Shown in pieces: positions 36,606-50,200 of a stretch of DNA of 64,000 nucleotides. The first letter of the stretch is position 1, and each line of letters begins with the position of its first letter. The notes under the pieces were generated by a model that was not told the DNA's origin, made no database searches, and was given only the letters and a program-made list of their open reading frames with translations. Position numbers and translations under genes: made by a program. The DNA lies in the NCBI GenBank assembly GCA_030390025.1, contig JASTWF010000361.1, positions 124,001 to 188,000 of the forward strand, read 5' to 3'. This DNA comes from Squalus acanthias. Lineage: Eukaryota.

Positions 36606-36609
36606 TTTC

Positions 36610-38231
36610 TGTAAGGGATACTCTCCTGACCCTGCGTGTCTCGTAGCCTGTGAGGTTCACGCGGCTCTGTGCAGCCTGTATGTCAGTGCGGGTCTAGGCC
36701 TGGTCTCCAGCCAGTCTGGGAACACTAGACACCCCTGTGAGTGGTTCGAATCACTCTCCCTTACGGTTCTAGACACTGGACTTAGATGCGAGAGCAGTAA
36801 TGGAGATAAAACTCATGTAGACTTGGTTTGAACGGTACGAAATGGAAAATCTTTATTGCATGATACTTAAAATTATGAAATACATGTCATATGCACAGAT
36901 TAATGACAGTACAATCTTACAAACAGTTATAATCACTCTTAGGGAAACGAGGAACGACCAGCACAACGTAAATAGGGCACACATTACAAATATCCTTAAA
37001 CTTTAAACCCTCCCCTATCAATAACTATCCTAAAACTAGCTTCGTAGGATCCCGAGACTCATGCTCACCACTCGTAATAACTCGGAGAAATCCCGAATAG
37101 CTGATCGGATGTTTTTCACCGCAGCACCCACGTGTTGGTCAGGAGATCTCCTGGTCCCACTTGTTTACTGCTTCTGCTGCTCGGTCAGTCGGCTGGACCG
37201 TCCGCTGTAGTGAAGACCTCTGTTGGTTGGATACAGGGTATGGTGGAGCACCGTTGTCAATATCACTGATACGATGTGTTTGCACAGTCCAGTTATCGTC
37301 GATGCAATATGTCTTGTTAAAGAAGAAAACTTCCTGTCGAGAAGACTTGGCTGATCGACCTACAGGCGCGGTCGGGACTTACTGACCGTGGCGATGGATA
37401 AGGTCTTCTTCTCTTCTCCTCTCATCTCCTCTCATCTCATCTCATCTCATCTCGGGCCTTTGGTTCCGCTGCCAGCTACCAACATAGGTCTTTGCAACAG
37501 TCTTTTACCCAGGAGCAGCCACGAGGTTACGAATCGACCGGATAAAACACAGGAGCAGCCACGATGATAACAGCAGCAAGCGGCAAGAGTCACGAACACG
37601 AGGCAAGAGAGCGAATGGACGGTTTGGGCCTGCAATTATAGTGCACAGTTCTTCCGTTTCCCGCCCAACTACAATGTCCATTCTTTTGTTTAAGGTTTGG
37701 CGCCCAAAAATGTCCTGTATGGGTGATCTCTGTCCTTAATGGGTTTCGGGGCTACTCCTGAATGTTTGAGTACCTGTTAATATTTCTCCCATTGTCAAAT
37801 CGGTCGGTGTTCCCCCTGGAGGGGTTTGGGGCTTCCAAGTGTCCTGTATAACTACCTGCTAACGGCTCTCTCATCGTAGAGCCGTTGGGAGTTTACATAT
37901 TAATGTCCTTTGGATGGGCCCTTGATGGCTTTCCTTTGTACCTGGGAGACCGATTCCAGTATCGATGTTTATACTGTAAACCCATAATGTCCTGTGTATT
38001 GTCTTCACTGTGCTGAATCGTTATCGATCCTGCAAAAATGTTTATTGGAACGCCATCTTGTCTGCCTGCCGAAAAGTCTCGAATGTTCTGTCACGCGGTG
38101 CGGCGGCCATTTTACAGGCTGCTTGTGTCCAATTTAAACCTGACAGCATTCCGTTGAAATAAAAGCTGTTTTGAACGAAACTTGTGTTTTCTCCTTATTA
38201 AAATGAAATCGCGATAATTGCGAATTCTACA
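36610..38231 (-). repeat. LTR4 (outer 5' LTR, type A, 1622 bp)
   Basis: Same length and diagnostic blocks as LTR1. Confidence 0.96.
37635..37640 (-). promoter_or_regulatory. Possible TATA-like box (TATAAT) in 5' LTR
   Basis: ATTATA on +, conserved in all four LTRs; position only, no transcript evidence. Confidence 0.3.
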
Positions 38232-38235
38232 GTAC
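38232..38235. repeat. Right target-site duplication GTAC
   Basis: Matches 15410-15413. Confidence 0.9.
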
Positions 38236-41200
38236 CACAGTGTTAAATAGTGACAGAACTGTACCCACCAGTACTGTACCCCAGTGTTATACAATAACAG
38301 AACTGTACCCACCAGTACTGTACCCCAGTGTTATAAAGTGACAGACCTGTACCCATCAGTACTGTACCCCAGTGTAATACAGTGACTGACCTGTACCCAC
38401 CAGTACTGTACCCCAGTGTTATAGTGACAGACCTGTACCATCAGTACTGTACCCCAGTGTAATACAGTGACAGACCTGTACCCACCAGTACTGTAACCCA
38501 GTGTTATAGTGACAGACCTGTACCCATCAGTACTGTACCACAGTGTTACACAGTGACAGACCGGTACCCACCAGTACTGTACCCCAGTGTTATACAGTGA
38601 CAGACCTGTACCCACCAGTACTGTACCCCAGTGTTACACAGTGACAGACCTGTACCCACCAGTACTGTACCCCAGTGTTATACAGTGACAGACCTGTACG
38701 CACCAGTACTGTACCCCATTGTTATACAGTGACAGACCTGTACCAACCAGTACTGTACCCCAGTGTTATGCAGTGACAGACCTGTACCCACCAGTACTGT
38801 ATCCCAGTGTTATACAGTGACAGACCTGTACCCACCAGTAGTACACCGCAGTGTTATTCAGTGACAGACCTGTACCCACCAGAACTGTACCCCAGTGTTA
38901 TACAATGACAGAACTGTACCCGCCAGTGCTATACCCCAGTGTTATACAGTGACAGACCTGTTCCCACCAGTACTGTACCCCAGTGTTATATCGTGACAGA
39001 CCTGTGCCCACCAGTGCTGTACGCCAGTGTTAAATAGTGACACACCTGTACCCACCAGTCCTGTACTCCAGTGGTTGTGACAGACCTGTACCCTCCAGTA
39101 CTGTACCACAGTGTTATACTGTGACAGATCTGTACCCACCAGTACTGTACCCCAGTGTTATACAGTGACAGAACTGTACCCGCCAGAACTATACCACAGT
39201 GTTATACAATTACAGACCTGTGCCCACCAGTACTGTACCCCAGTGTTATATAGTGACAGACCTGTACCAACCAATACTGTACCACCGTGTTTGTGACAGA
39301 CCTGTACCCACCAGTACTGTACCCCAGTGTTATACAGTGACAGAACTGTACCCACCAGAACTGTAACCCAGTGTTATATTGACTGACCTGTACCCATCAG
39401 TACTGTACCCCAGTGTTACACAGTGACAGACCTGTACCCACCAGTACTGTACCCCAGTGTTACACAGTGACAGAACTGTACCCACCAGTACTGTACCCCA
39501 GTGTAATATAGTGACATAACATACTACCCAGTTCTGTACCCCAGTGTAATATACTGACAGACCCGTACCCATCAGTAATGTACCCCAGTGTTATACAGTG
39601 ACAGACCTGTACTCACCAGTACTGTACCCCAATGTTTTACAGTGACAGACCTGTACCCACCAGTACTGTACCCCAGTGTTATACAGTGACAGTCATGTTC
39701 CTACCAGTACTGCACCCCAGTGTTATACAGTGACAGACCTGTACCCACCATTACTGTACCCCAGTGTTACACAGTGGCAGACCTGTACCCACCAGTACTG
39801 TACCCGTCTTATACAGTGACAGACCTGTAACCACGAGTACTGTACCCCCAGTTTTATACAGTGACAGACCTGTACCTACCAGTACTGTACCCGAGTTATA
39901 CAGTGAAACACCTGTACATACCAGTACTGTAACCCAGTGTTATAAAGTGACAGACCTGTACCCATCAGTACTGTACCCCAGTGTAATACAGTGACAGACC
40001 TGTACCCACCAGAACTGTACCCCAGTGTTATACAATGACAGAACTTTACCCGACAGTGCTACACCCCAGTGTTATACAGTGACAGACCTGTTCCCACCAG
40101 TGCTGTACGCCAGTGTTAAATAGTGACACACCTGTACCCACCAGTCCTGTACCCCAGTGTTTGTGACAGACCTGTACCAACCAATACTGTACCACCGTGT
40201 TTGTGACAGACCTGTACCCACCAGTACTGTACCCCAGTGTTATACAGTGACAGACCTGTCCCCACCAGTACTGTGTCCCAGTGTTATACAGTGACAGACA
40301 TGTACCCACCAGTAGTACACCGCATTGTTATCCAGTGAAAGACCTGTACCCACCAGTACTGTAGCCCAGTGTTATACAGTGACAGAACTGTACGCGCCAG
40401 TACTAAACCCCAGTGTTATACAATGACAGACCAGTACCAAACAGTATTGCCCCCAGTGTTATACAGAGACCGACCCGTACCCACCAGTACTGTACCCCAG
40501 TGTATTACAGTGACAGACCTTTACCTACCAGTACTGTAACTGTGTTTTACAGTGACAGACCTGTACCCACCATAACTGTACCCCAGTGTTATAGTGACAG
40601 ACCTGTACCCATCAGTACTGTATCCCAGTGTTACACAGTGACAGACCTGTACCCACCAGTACTGTACCCCACTGTTATACAGAGACAGACCTGTACCCAC
40701 CAGTACTGTAACCCAGTGTTATGCAGTGACCGACCTGTACCCACCAGTACTGTGCCCCAGTGTTATAGTGACAGATCTGTACACACCAGTACTGTACCCC
40801 AGTGTTATACAGTGACAGACCTTTACCCACTAGTACTGTACCCCAGTGTTATACAGTGACAGACCTGTACCCACCAGTACTGTACCCCAGTGTTATACAG
40901 AGACAGACCCGTACCAACCAGTACTGTACCACAGTGTTGTACAGTGACAGACGTGTACCCACCAGTACTGTACCCCAGTGTTATACAATAACAGAACTGT
41001 ACCCACCAGTACTGTACCCCAGTGTTATAAAGTGACAGACCTGTACCCATCAGTACTGTACCCCAGTGTAATACAGTGACTGATCTGTACCCACCAGTAC
41101 TGTACCCCAGTGTTATAGTGACAGACCTGTACCATCAGTACTGTACCCCAGTGTTACACATTGACAGACCGGTACCCACCAGTACTGTACCCCAGTGTTA

Positions 41201-44200
41201 TACAGTGACAGACCTGTACCCACCAGTACTGTACCCCAGTGTTACACAGTGACAGACCTGTACCCACCAGTACTGTACCCCAGTGTTATACAGTGACAGA
41301 CCTGTAAGCACCAGAACTGTACCCCAGTGTTATAGTGACAGACCTTTACCCATCAGTACTGTACCCCAGTGTAATACAGTGACAGACCTGTACCCACCAG
41401 TACTGTACCCCAGTGTTATACAGTGACAGTCATGTTCCTACCAGTACTGCACCCCAGTGTTATACAGTGACAGACCTGTACCCACCATTACTGTACCCCA
41501 GTGTTACGCAGTGGCAGACCTGTACCCACCAGTACTGTACCCGTCTTATACAGTGACAGACCTGTACCCACGAGTACTGTACCCCCAGTTTTATACAGTG
41601 ACAGACCTGTACCTACCAGTACTGTACCCGAGTTATACAGTGAAACACATGTACATACGAGTACTGTAACCCAGTGTTATAAAGTGACAGACCTGGACCC
41701 ATCAGTACTGTACCCCAGTGTAATACAGTGACAGACCTGTACCCACCAGTACTGTACCCCAGTGTTATAGTGACAGACCTGTACCCATCAGTACTGTACC
41801 ACAGTGTTACACAGTGACAGACCGGTACCCACCAGTACTGTACCCCAGTGTTATACAGTGACAGACCTGTACCCACCAGTACTGTACCCCAGTGTTACAC
41901 AGTGACAGACCTGTACCCACCAGTACTGTACCCCAGTGTTATACAGTGACAGACCTGTACGCACCAGTACTGTACCCCATTGTAATACAGTGACAGACCT
42001 GTACCAACAGGTACTGTACCCCAGTGTTATGCAGTGACAGACCTGTACCCACCAGTACTGTATCCCAGTGTTATACAGTGACAGACCTGTACCCACCAGT
42101 AGTACACCGCAGTGTTATTCAGTGACAGACCTGTACCCACCAGAACTGTACCCCAGTGTTATACAATGACAGAACTGTACCCGCCAGTGCTATACCCCAG
42201 TGTTATACAGTGACAGACCTGTTCCCACCAGAACTGTACCCCAGTGTTATATAGTGACAGACATGTGCCCACCAGTGCTGTACGGCAGTGTTAAATAGTG
42301 ACACACCTGTACCCACCAGTCCTGTACCCCAGTGGTTGTGACAGACCTGTAGCCTCCACTACTGTACCACAGTGTTATACTGTGACAGATCTGTACCCAC
42401 CAGTACTGTACCCCAGTGTTATACAGTGACAGAACTGTACCCGCCAGAACTATACCACAGTGTTATACAATTACAGACCTGTGCCCACCAGTACTGTACC
42501 CCAATGTTATATAGTGACAGACCTGTACCAACCAATACTGTACCACCGTGTTTGTGACAGACCTGTACCCACCAGTACTGTACCCCAGTGTTATACAGTG
42601 ACAGACCTGTACCCACCAGAACTGTACCCCAGTGTTATATTGACTGACCTGTACCCATCAGTACTTTACCCCAGTGTTACACAGTGACAGACCTGTACCC
42701 ACCAGTACTGTACCCCAGTGTTACACAGTGACAGAACTGTACCCACCAGTACTGTACCCCAGTGTAATATAATGACATAACATACACACCAGTCCTGTAC
42801 CCCAGTGTAATATACTGACAGACCCGTACCCATCAGTAATGTACCCCAGTGTTATACAGTGACAGACCTGTACTCACCAGTACAGTACCCCAATGTTTTA
42901 CAGTGAAGGACCTGTACCCACCAGTACTGTACCCCAGTGTTATACAGTCACAGTCATGTTCCTACCAGTACTGCAACCCAGTGTTATACAGTGACAGACC
43001 TGTACCCACCATTACTGTACCCCAGTGTTACACAGTGGCAGACCTGTACCCGCCAGTACTGTACCCGTCTTATCCAGTGACAGACCTGTACCCACCAGTA
43101 CTGTAGCCCAGTGTTATACACTGACAGAACTGTACGCGCCAGTACTAAACCCCAGTGTTATACAATGACAGACCTGTACCAAACAGTATTGTGCCCCAGT
43201 TTTATACAGAGACCGACCCGTACCCACCAGTACTGTACCCCAGTGTATTACAGTGACAGACCTTTACCTACCAGTACTGTAACCGTGTTTTACAGTGGCA
43301 GACCTGTACCCACCATAACTGTACCCCAGTGTGATAGTGACAGACCTGTACCCATCAGTACTGTATCCCAGTGTTACACAGTGACACACCTGTACCCACC
43401 AGTACTGTAACCCAGTGTTATACAGTGACAGACCTGTACCCACCAGTACTGTACCCCAGTGTTATAGTGACAGACCTGTACCCATCAGTACTGTACCACA
43501 GTGTTACACAGTGACAGACCGGTACCCACCAGTACTGTACCCCAGTGTTATACAGTGACAGACCTGTACCCAACAGTACTGTACCCCAGTGTTACACAGT
43601 GACAGACCTGTACCCACCAGTACTGTACCCCAGTGTTATACAGTGACAGACCTGTACGCACCGGTACTGTACCCCATTGTTATACAGTGACAGACCTCTA
43701 CCAACCAGTACTGTACCCCAGTGTTATGCAGTGACAGACCTGTACCCACCAGTACTGTACCCCAGTGTTATACAGTGACAGACCTGTACCCACCAGTAGT
43801 ACACCGCAGTGTTATTCAGTGACAGACCTGTACCCACCAGAACTGTACCCCAGTGGTATACAATGACAGAACTGTACCCGCCAGTGCTATACCCCAGTGT
43901 TATACAGTCACAGACCTGTTCCCACCAGTACTGTACCCCAGTGTTATATAGTGACAGACCTGTGCCCACCAGTGCTGTACGCCAGTGTTAAATAGTGACA
44001 CACCTGTACCCACCAGTCCTGTACCCCAGTGGTTGTGACAGACCTGTACCCTCCACTACTGTACCCCAGTGTTATACAGTGACAGTCATGTTCCTACCAG
44101 TACTGCACCCCAGTGTTATACAGTGACAGACCTGTACCCACCATTACTGTACCCCAGTGTTATACAGTGGCAGTCCTGTACCCACCAGTACTGTACCCGT

Positions 44201-47200
44201 CTTATACAGTGACAGACCTGTACCCACGAGTACTGTACCCCCAGTTTTATACAGTGACAGACCTGTACCTACCAGAACTGTACCCGAGTTATACAGTGAA
44301 ACACCTGTACATACCAGTACTGTAACCCAGTGTTATAAAGTGACAGACCTGTACCCATCAGTACTGTACCCCAGTGTAATACAGTGACAGACCTGTACCC
44401 ACCAGTACTGTACCCCAGTGTTATAGTGACAGACCTGTACCCACCAGTACTGTACCACAGTGTAATACAGTGACAGACCGGTACCCACCAGTACTGTACC
44501 CCAGTGTTATACAGTGACAGACCTGTACCCACCAGTACTGTACCCCAGTGTTACACAGTGACGGACCTGTACCCACCAGTACTGAACCCCAGTGTTATAC
44601 AGTGACATACCTGTACGCACCAGTACTGTACACCATTGTTATACAGTGACAGACCTGTACCAATCAGTACTGTACCCCAGTGTTATGCAGTGACAGACCT
44701 GTACCCACCAGTACTGTATCCCAGTGTTATAAAGTGACAGACCTGTACCCACCAGTAGTACACCGCAGTGTTATTCAGTGACAGACCTGTACCCACCAGA
44801 ACTGTACCCCAGTGTTATACAATGACAGAACTGTACCCGCCAGTGCTACACCCCAGTGTTATACAGTGACAGACCTGTTCCCACCAGTACTGTACCCCAG
44901 TGTTATATAGTGACAGACCTGTGCCCACCAGTGCTGTACGCCAGTGTTAAATAGTGACACACCTGTACCCACCAGTCCTGTACTCCAGTGTTTATGACAG
45001 ACCTGTACCCTCCAGTACTGTACCACAGTGTTATATTGTGACAGATCTGTACCCACCAGTACTGTACCCCAGTGTTATACAGTGACAGAACTGTACCCGC
45101 CAGAACTATACCCAAGTGTTATACAATTACAGACCTGTGCCCACCAGTACTGTACCCCAGTGTTATATAATGACAGACATGTACCAACCAATACTGTACC
45201 ACCGTGTTTGTGACAGACCTGTACCCACCAGTACTGTACACCAGTGTTATACAGTGACAGACCTGTCCCCACCAGTACTGTGTCCCAGTGTTATACAGTG
45301 AAAGACATGTACCCACCAGTAGTACACCGCATTGTTATCCAGTGACAGACCTGTACCCACCAGTACTGTAGCCCAGTGTTATACAGTGACAGAACTGTAC
45401 GCGCCAGTACTAAACCCCAGTGTTATACAATGACAGACCTGTACCAAACAGTATTGTGCCCCAGTGTTATACAGAGACAGACCCGTACCCACCAGTACTG
45501 TACCCCAGTGTATTACAGTGACAGACCTTTACCTACCAGTACTATAACCGTGTTTTACAGTGACAGACCTGTACCCACCAGTTCTGTAACCCAGAGTTAT
45601 ACAGTGACAGACCGGTACCCACCATAACTGTACCCCAGTGTTATAGTGACAGACCTGTACCCATCAGTACTGTATCCCAGTGTTACACAGTGACAGACCA
45701 GTACCCACCAGTACTGTACCCCACTGTTATACAGAGACAGACCTGTACCCACCAGTACTGTAACCCAGTGTTATGCAGTGTCCGACCTGTACCCACCAGT
45801 ATTGTGCCCCAGTGTTATAGTGACAGATCTGTACCCACCAGTACTGTACCCCAGGGTTATACAGTGACAGACCTGTACCAACCAGTACTGTACCCCAGTG
45901 TTATACAGTGACAGACCTGTACCCACCAGTACTGTACCCCAGTGTTATACAGAGACAGACCCGTACCAACCAGTATTGTACCACAGTGTTGTACAGTGGC
46001 AGACGTGTACCCACCAGTACTGTACCCCAGTGTTAAACAGTGACAGAACTGTACCCACCAGTACTGTACCCCAGTGTTATACAATGACAGAACTGTACCC
46101 ACCAGTACTGTACCCCAGTGTTATAAAGTGACAGACCTGTACCCATCAGTACTGTACCCCAGTGTAATACAGTGACTGACCTGTACCCACCAGTACTGTA
46201 CCCCAGTGTTATAGTGACAGACCTGTACCATCAGTACTGTACCCCAGTGTTACACAGTGACAGACCGGTACCCACCAGAACTGTACCCCAGTGTTATATT
46301 GACAGACCTGTACCCATCAGTACTGTACCCCAGTTTTACACAGTGACAGACCTGTACCCACCAGTACTGTACCCCAGTGTTGCACATTGACAGAACTGTA
46401 CCCACCAGTACTGTACCCCAGTGTTATACAGTGACAGACCTGTACCCACCAGTACTATACCCCCGCGTTGTACAGTAACAGACCTGTTCCTACCAGTACA
46501 GTATCCTAGTGTTATACATTGACAGACCTGTACCCACAGTACTGTACCCCAGTGTTACACAGTGACTGACCTGTACCCACCAGTACTGTACCCGTGTTAT
46601 ACATTGACACACCTGTACACACTAGTACTGTACCCCCAGTGTTATACAGTGACAGAACTTTACCTACCATTACTGTACCCGTGTTATACAGTCACAGACC
46701 TGTACCTACCAGTACTGTAACCCAGTGTTATACAGTGACAGACCTGTAACCATCAGTACTGTACCCCAGTGTTATACAGTGACAGACCTGTACCCACCAG
46801 TACTATACCCCCGTGTTATACAGTGACAGACCTGTTCCCACCAGTACTGTAGCCCAGTGTTAAACAGTGACAGACCTGTACCCACCAGTACTGTACCCCA
46901 GTGTTACACAGTGACAGATCTGTAGCCACCAGTACTGTACCCGTGTTATACAGTGACAGACCTGTACACACTAGTACGGTTCCCCCAGTATTATAGAGTG
47001 ACAGACCTTTACCCACTAGTACTGCAGCCCAGTGTTAGACAGTGACAGAACTGTACCCACCAGTACTGTACCCGTGTTATACAGTGACAGACCTGGACGC
47101 ACTAGGTAGGTACCCCAGTGTTATAGAGTGACAGACCTGTACCCACCAGTACTATACCCAATGTTTTACAGTGTCCGACCTGTACCCACCAGTATTGTGC

Positions 47201-50200
47201 CCCAGTGTTATAGTGACAGATCTGTACCCACCAGTACTGTACCCCAGGGTTATACAGTGACAGACCTGTACCAACCAGTACTGTACCCCAGTGTTATACA
47301 GTGACAGACCTGTACCCACCAGTACTGTACCCCAGTGTTATACAGAGACAGACCCGTACCAACCAGTACTGTACCACAGTGTTGTACAGTGACAGACGTG
47401 TACCCACCAGTACTGTACCCCAGTGTTAAACAGTGACAGAACTGTACCCACCAGTACTGTACCCCAGTGTTATACAATGACAGAACTGTACCCACCAGTG
47501 CTGTATTCCAGTGTTATAAAGTGACAGACCTGTACCCATCAGTACTGTACCCCAGTGTAATACAGTGACTGACCTGTACCCACCAGTACTGTACCCCAGT
47601 GTTATAGTGACAGACCTGTACCATCAGTACTGTACCCCAGTGTTACACAGTGACAGACCGGTACCCACCAGAACTGTACCCCAGTGTTATATTGACAGAT
47701 CTGTACCCATCAGTACTGTACCCCAGTTTTACACAGTGACAGACCTGTACCCACCAGTACTGTACCCCAGTGTTGCACATTGACAGAACTGCACCCACCA
47801 GTACTGTAACCCAGTGTTATGCAGTGTCCGACCTGTACCCACCAGTACTGTGCCCCAGTGTTATAGTGACAGATCTGTACCCACCAGTACTGTACCCCAG
47901 TGTTATACAGTGACAGACCTGTACCAACCAGTACTGTACCCCAGTGTTATACAGTGACAGACCTGTACCCACCAGTACTGTATTCCAGTGTTATGCAGTG
48001 ACGGACCAGTACCCACCAGTACTGTACCCCAGTGTTATACAGTGACAGACCTGTACCCACCAGTACTGTACCCCAGTGTTATACAGTGACAGACCTGTAC
48101 CCACCAGTACTGTACCCCAGTGTTATTCAGTGACAGAAATGTACCAACCAGTACTGTGCCCCAGTGTTAGACAGAGACAGACCCGTACCAACCAGTAATG
48201 TACCACAGTGTTGTACAGTGACAGACGTGTAGCCACCAGTACTGTACCCCAGTGTTATACAGTGACAGACCTGTACCCACCAGTACTGTACCCCAGTGTT
48301 ATACAGTGACAGACCTGTACCCACCAGTACTGTACCCCAGTGTTATACAGTGACAGACCTGTACCATCAGTACTGTACCCCAGTGTTACACAGTGACAGA
48401 CCGGTACCCACCAGAACTGTACCCCAGTGTTATATTGACAGACCTGTACCCATCAGTACTGTACCCCAGTTTTACACAGTGACAGACCTGTACCCACCAG
48501 TACTGTACCGCAGTGTTGCACATTGACAGAACTGTACCCACCAGTACTGTACCCCAGTGTAATATAGTGACAGACCATACACACCAGTCCTGTACCCCAG
48601 TGTAATATAGTGAAAGACCTGTACCCACCAGTACTGTACCCCAGTGTTATACAGTGACAGACCTGTTCCTATCAGTACTGCACCCCAGTGTTATACAGTG
48701 ACATACCTGTACCCACCATTACTGTACCCCAGTGTTATACAGTGACAGACCTGTACCTACCAGTACTGTACCCGAGTTGTACAGTGAAACACCTGTACAT
48801 ACCAGTACTGTAACCCAGTGTTATAAAGTGACAGACCTGTACCCATCAGTTCTGTACCCCAGTGTAATACAGTGACAGACGTGTACCCACCAGTACTGTA
48901 CCCCAGTGTTATACTGTGGCAGATCTGTACCCAGCAGTACTGTACACCAGTGTTATACAGTGACAGACCTGTACCCACCAGTACTATACCCCCGCGTTGT
49001 ACAGTAACAGACCTGTTCCTACCAGTACAGTATCCTAGTGTTATACATTGACAGACCTGTACCCACAGTACTGTACCCCAGTGTTACACAGTGACTGACC
49101 TGTACCCACCAGTACTGTACCCGTGTTATACATTGACACACCTGTACACACTAGTACTGTACCCCCAGTGTTATACAGTGACAGAACTTTACCTACCATT
49201 ACTGTACCCGTGTTATACAGTCACAGACCTGTACCTACCAGTACTGTAACCCAGTGTTATACAGTGACAGACCTGTAACCATCAGTACTGTACCCCAGTG
49301 TTATACAGTGACAGACCTGTACCCACCAGTACTATAACCCCGTGTTATACAGTGACAGACCTGTTCCTACCAGTACTGTACCCCAGTGTTAAACAGTGAC
49401 AGACCTGTACCCACCAGTACTGTACCCCAGTGTTACACAGTGACAGATCTGTAGCCACCAGTAGTGTACCCGTGTTATACAGTGACAGACCTGTACACAC
49501 TAGTACGGTTCCCCCAGTATTATAGAGTGACAGACCTTTACCCACTAGTACTGCAGCCCAGTGTTAGACAGTGACAGAACTGTACCCACCAGTACTGTAC
49601 CCGTGTTATACAGTGACAGACCTGGACACACTAGGTAGGTACCCCAGTGTTATAGAGTGACAGACCTGTACCCACCAGTATTATACCCAGTGTTTTACAG
49701 TGACAGACCTGTTCCCACCAGTACAGTACCCCAGTGTTATATAGTGACAGACCTGTACCAAACAGTATTGTGCACCAGTGTTATACAGAGACAGACCCGT
49801 ACCCACCAGTAATGTACCCCAGTGTTATACAGTGACAGACCTTTACCTACCAGTACTGTAACCGTGTTTTACAGTGACAGACCTGTACCCACCAGTACTG
49901 TACCCCAGTGTTATAGTGACAGATCTGTACCCATCAGTACTGTATCCCAGTGTTACACAGTGACAGACCTGTACCCACCAGTACTGTACCCCACTGTTAT
50001 ACAGAGACAGACCTGTACCCACCAGTACTGTAACCCAGTGTTATGCAGTGACCGACCTGTACCCACCAGTACTGTGCCCCAGTGTTATAGTGACAGATCT
50101 GTACCCCCCAGTACTGTACCCCAGTGTTATACAGTGACAGACCTGTACCCACCAGTACTGTATTCCAGTGTTATGCAGTGACGGACCAGTACCCACCAGT

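Larger units (their letters stand above)
15414..38231 (-). mobile_element. Composite endogenous retrovirus (lokiretrovirus-like): four LTRs and three internal units
   Basis: Four ~1.6-kb direct repeats with TGTA...TACA ends, three PBS, two PPT, gag/pol/env ORFs on the minus strand and a 4-bp TSD. The family assignment is inferred from pol and env architecture. Confidence 0.93.
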
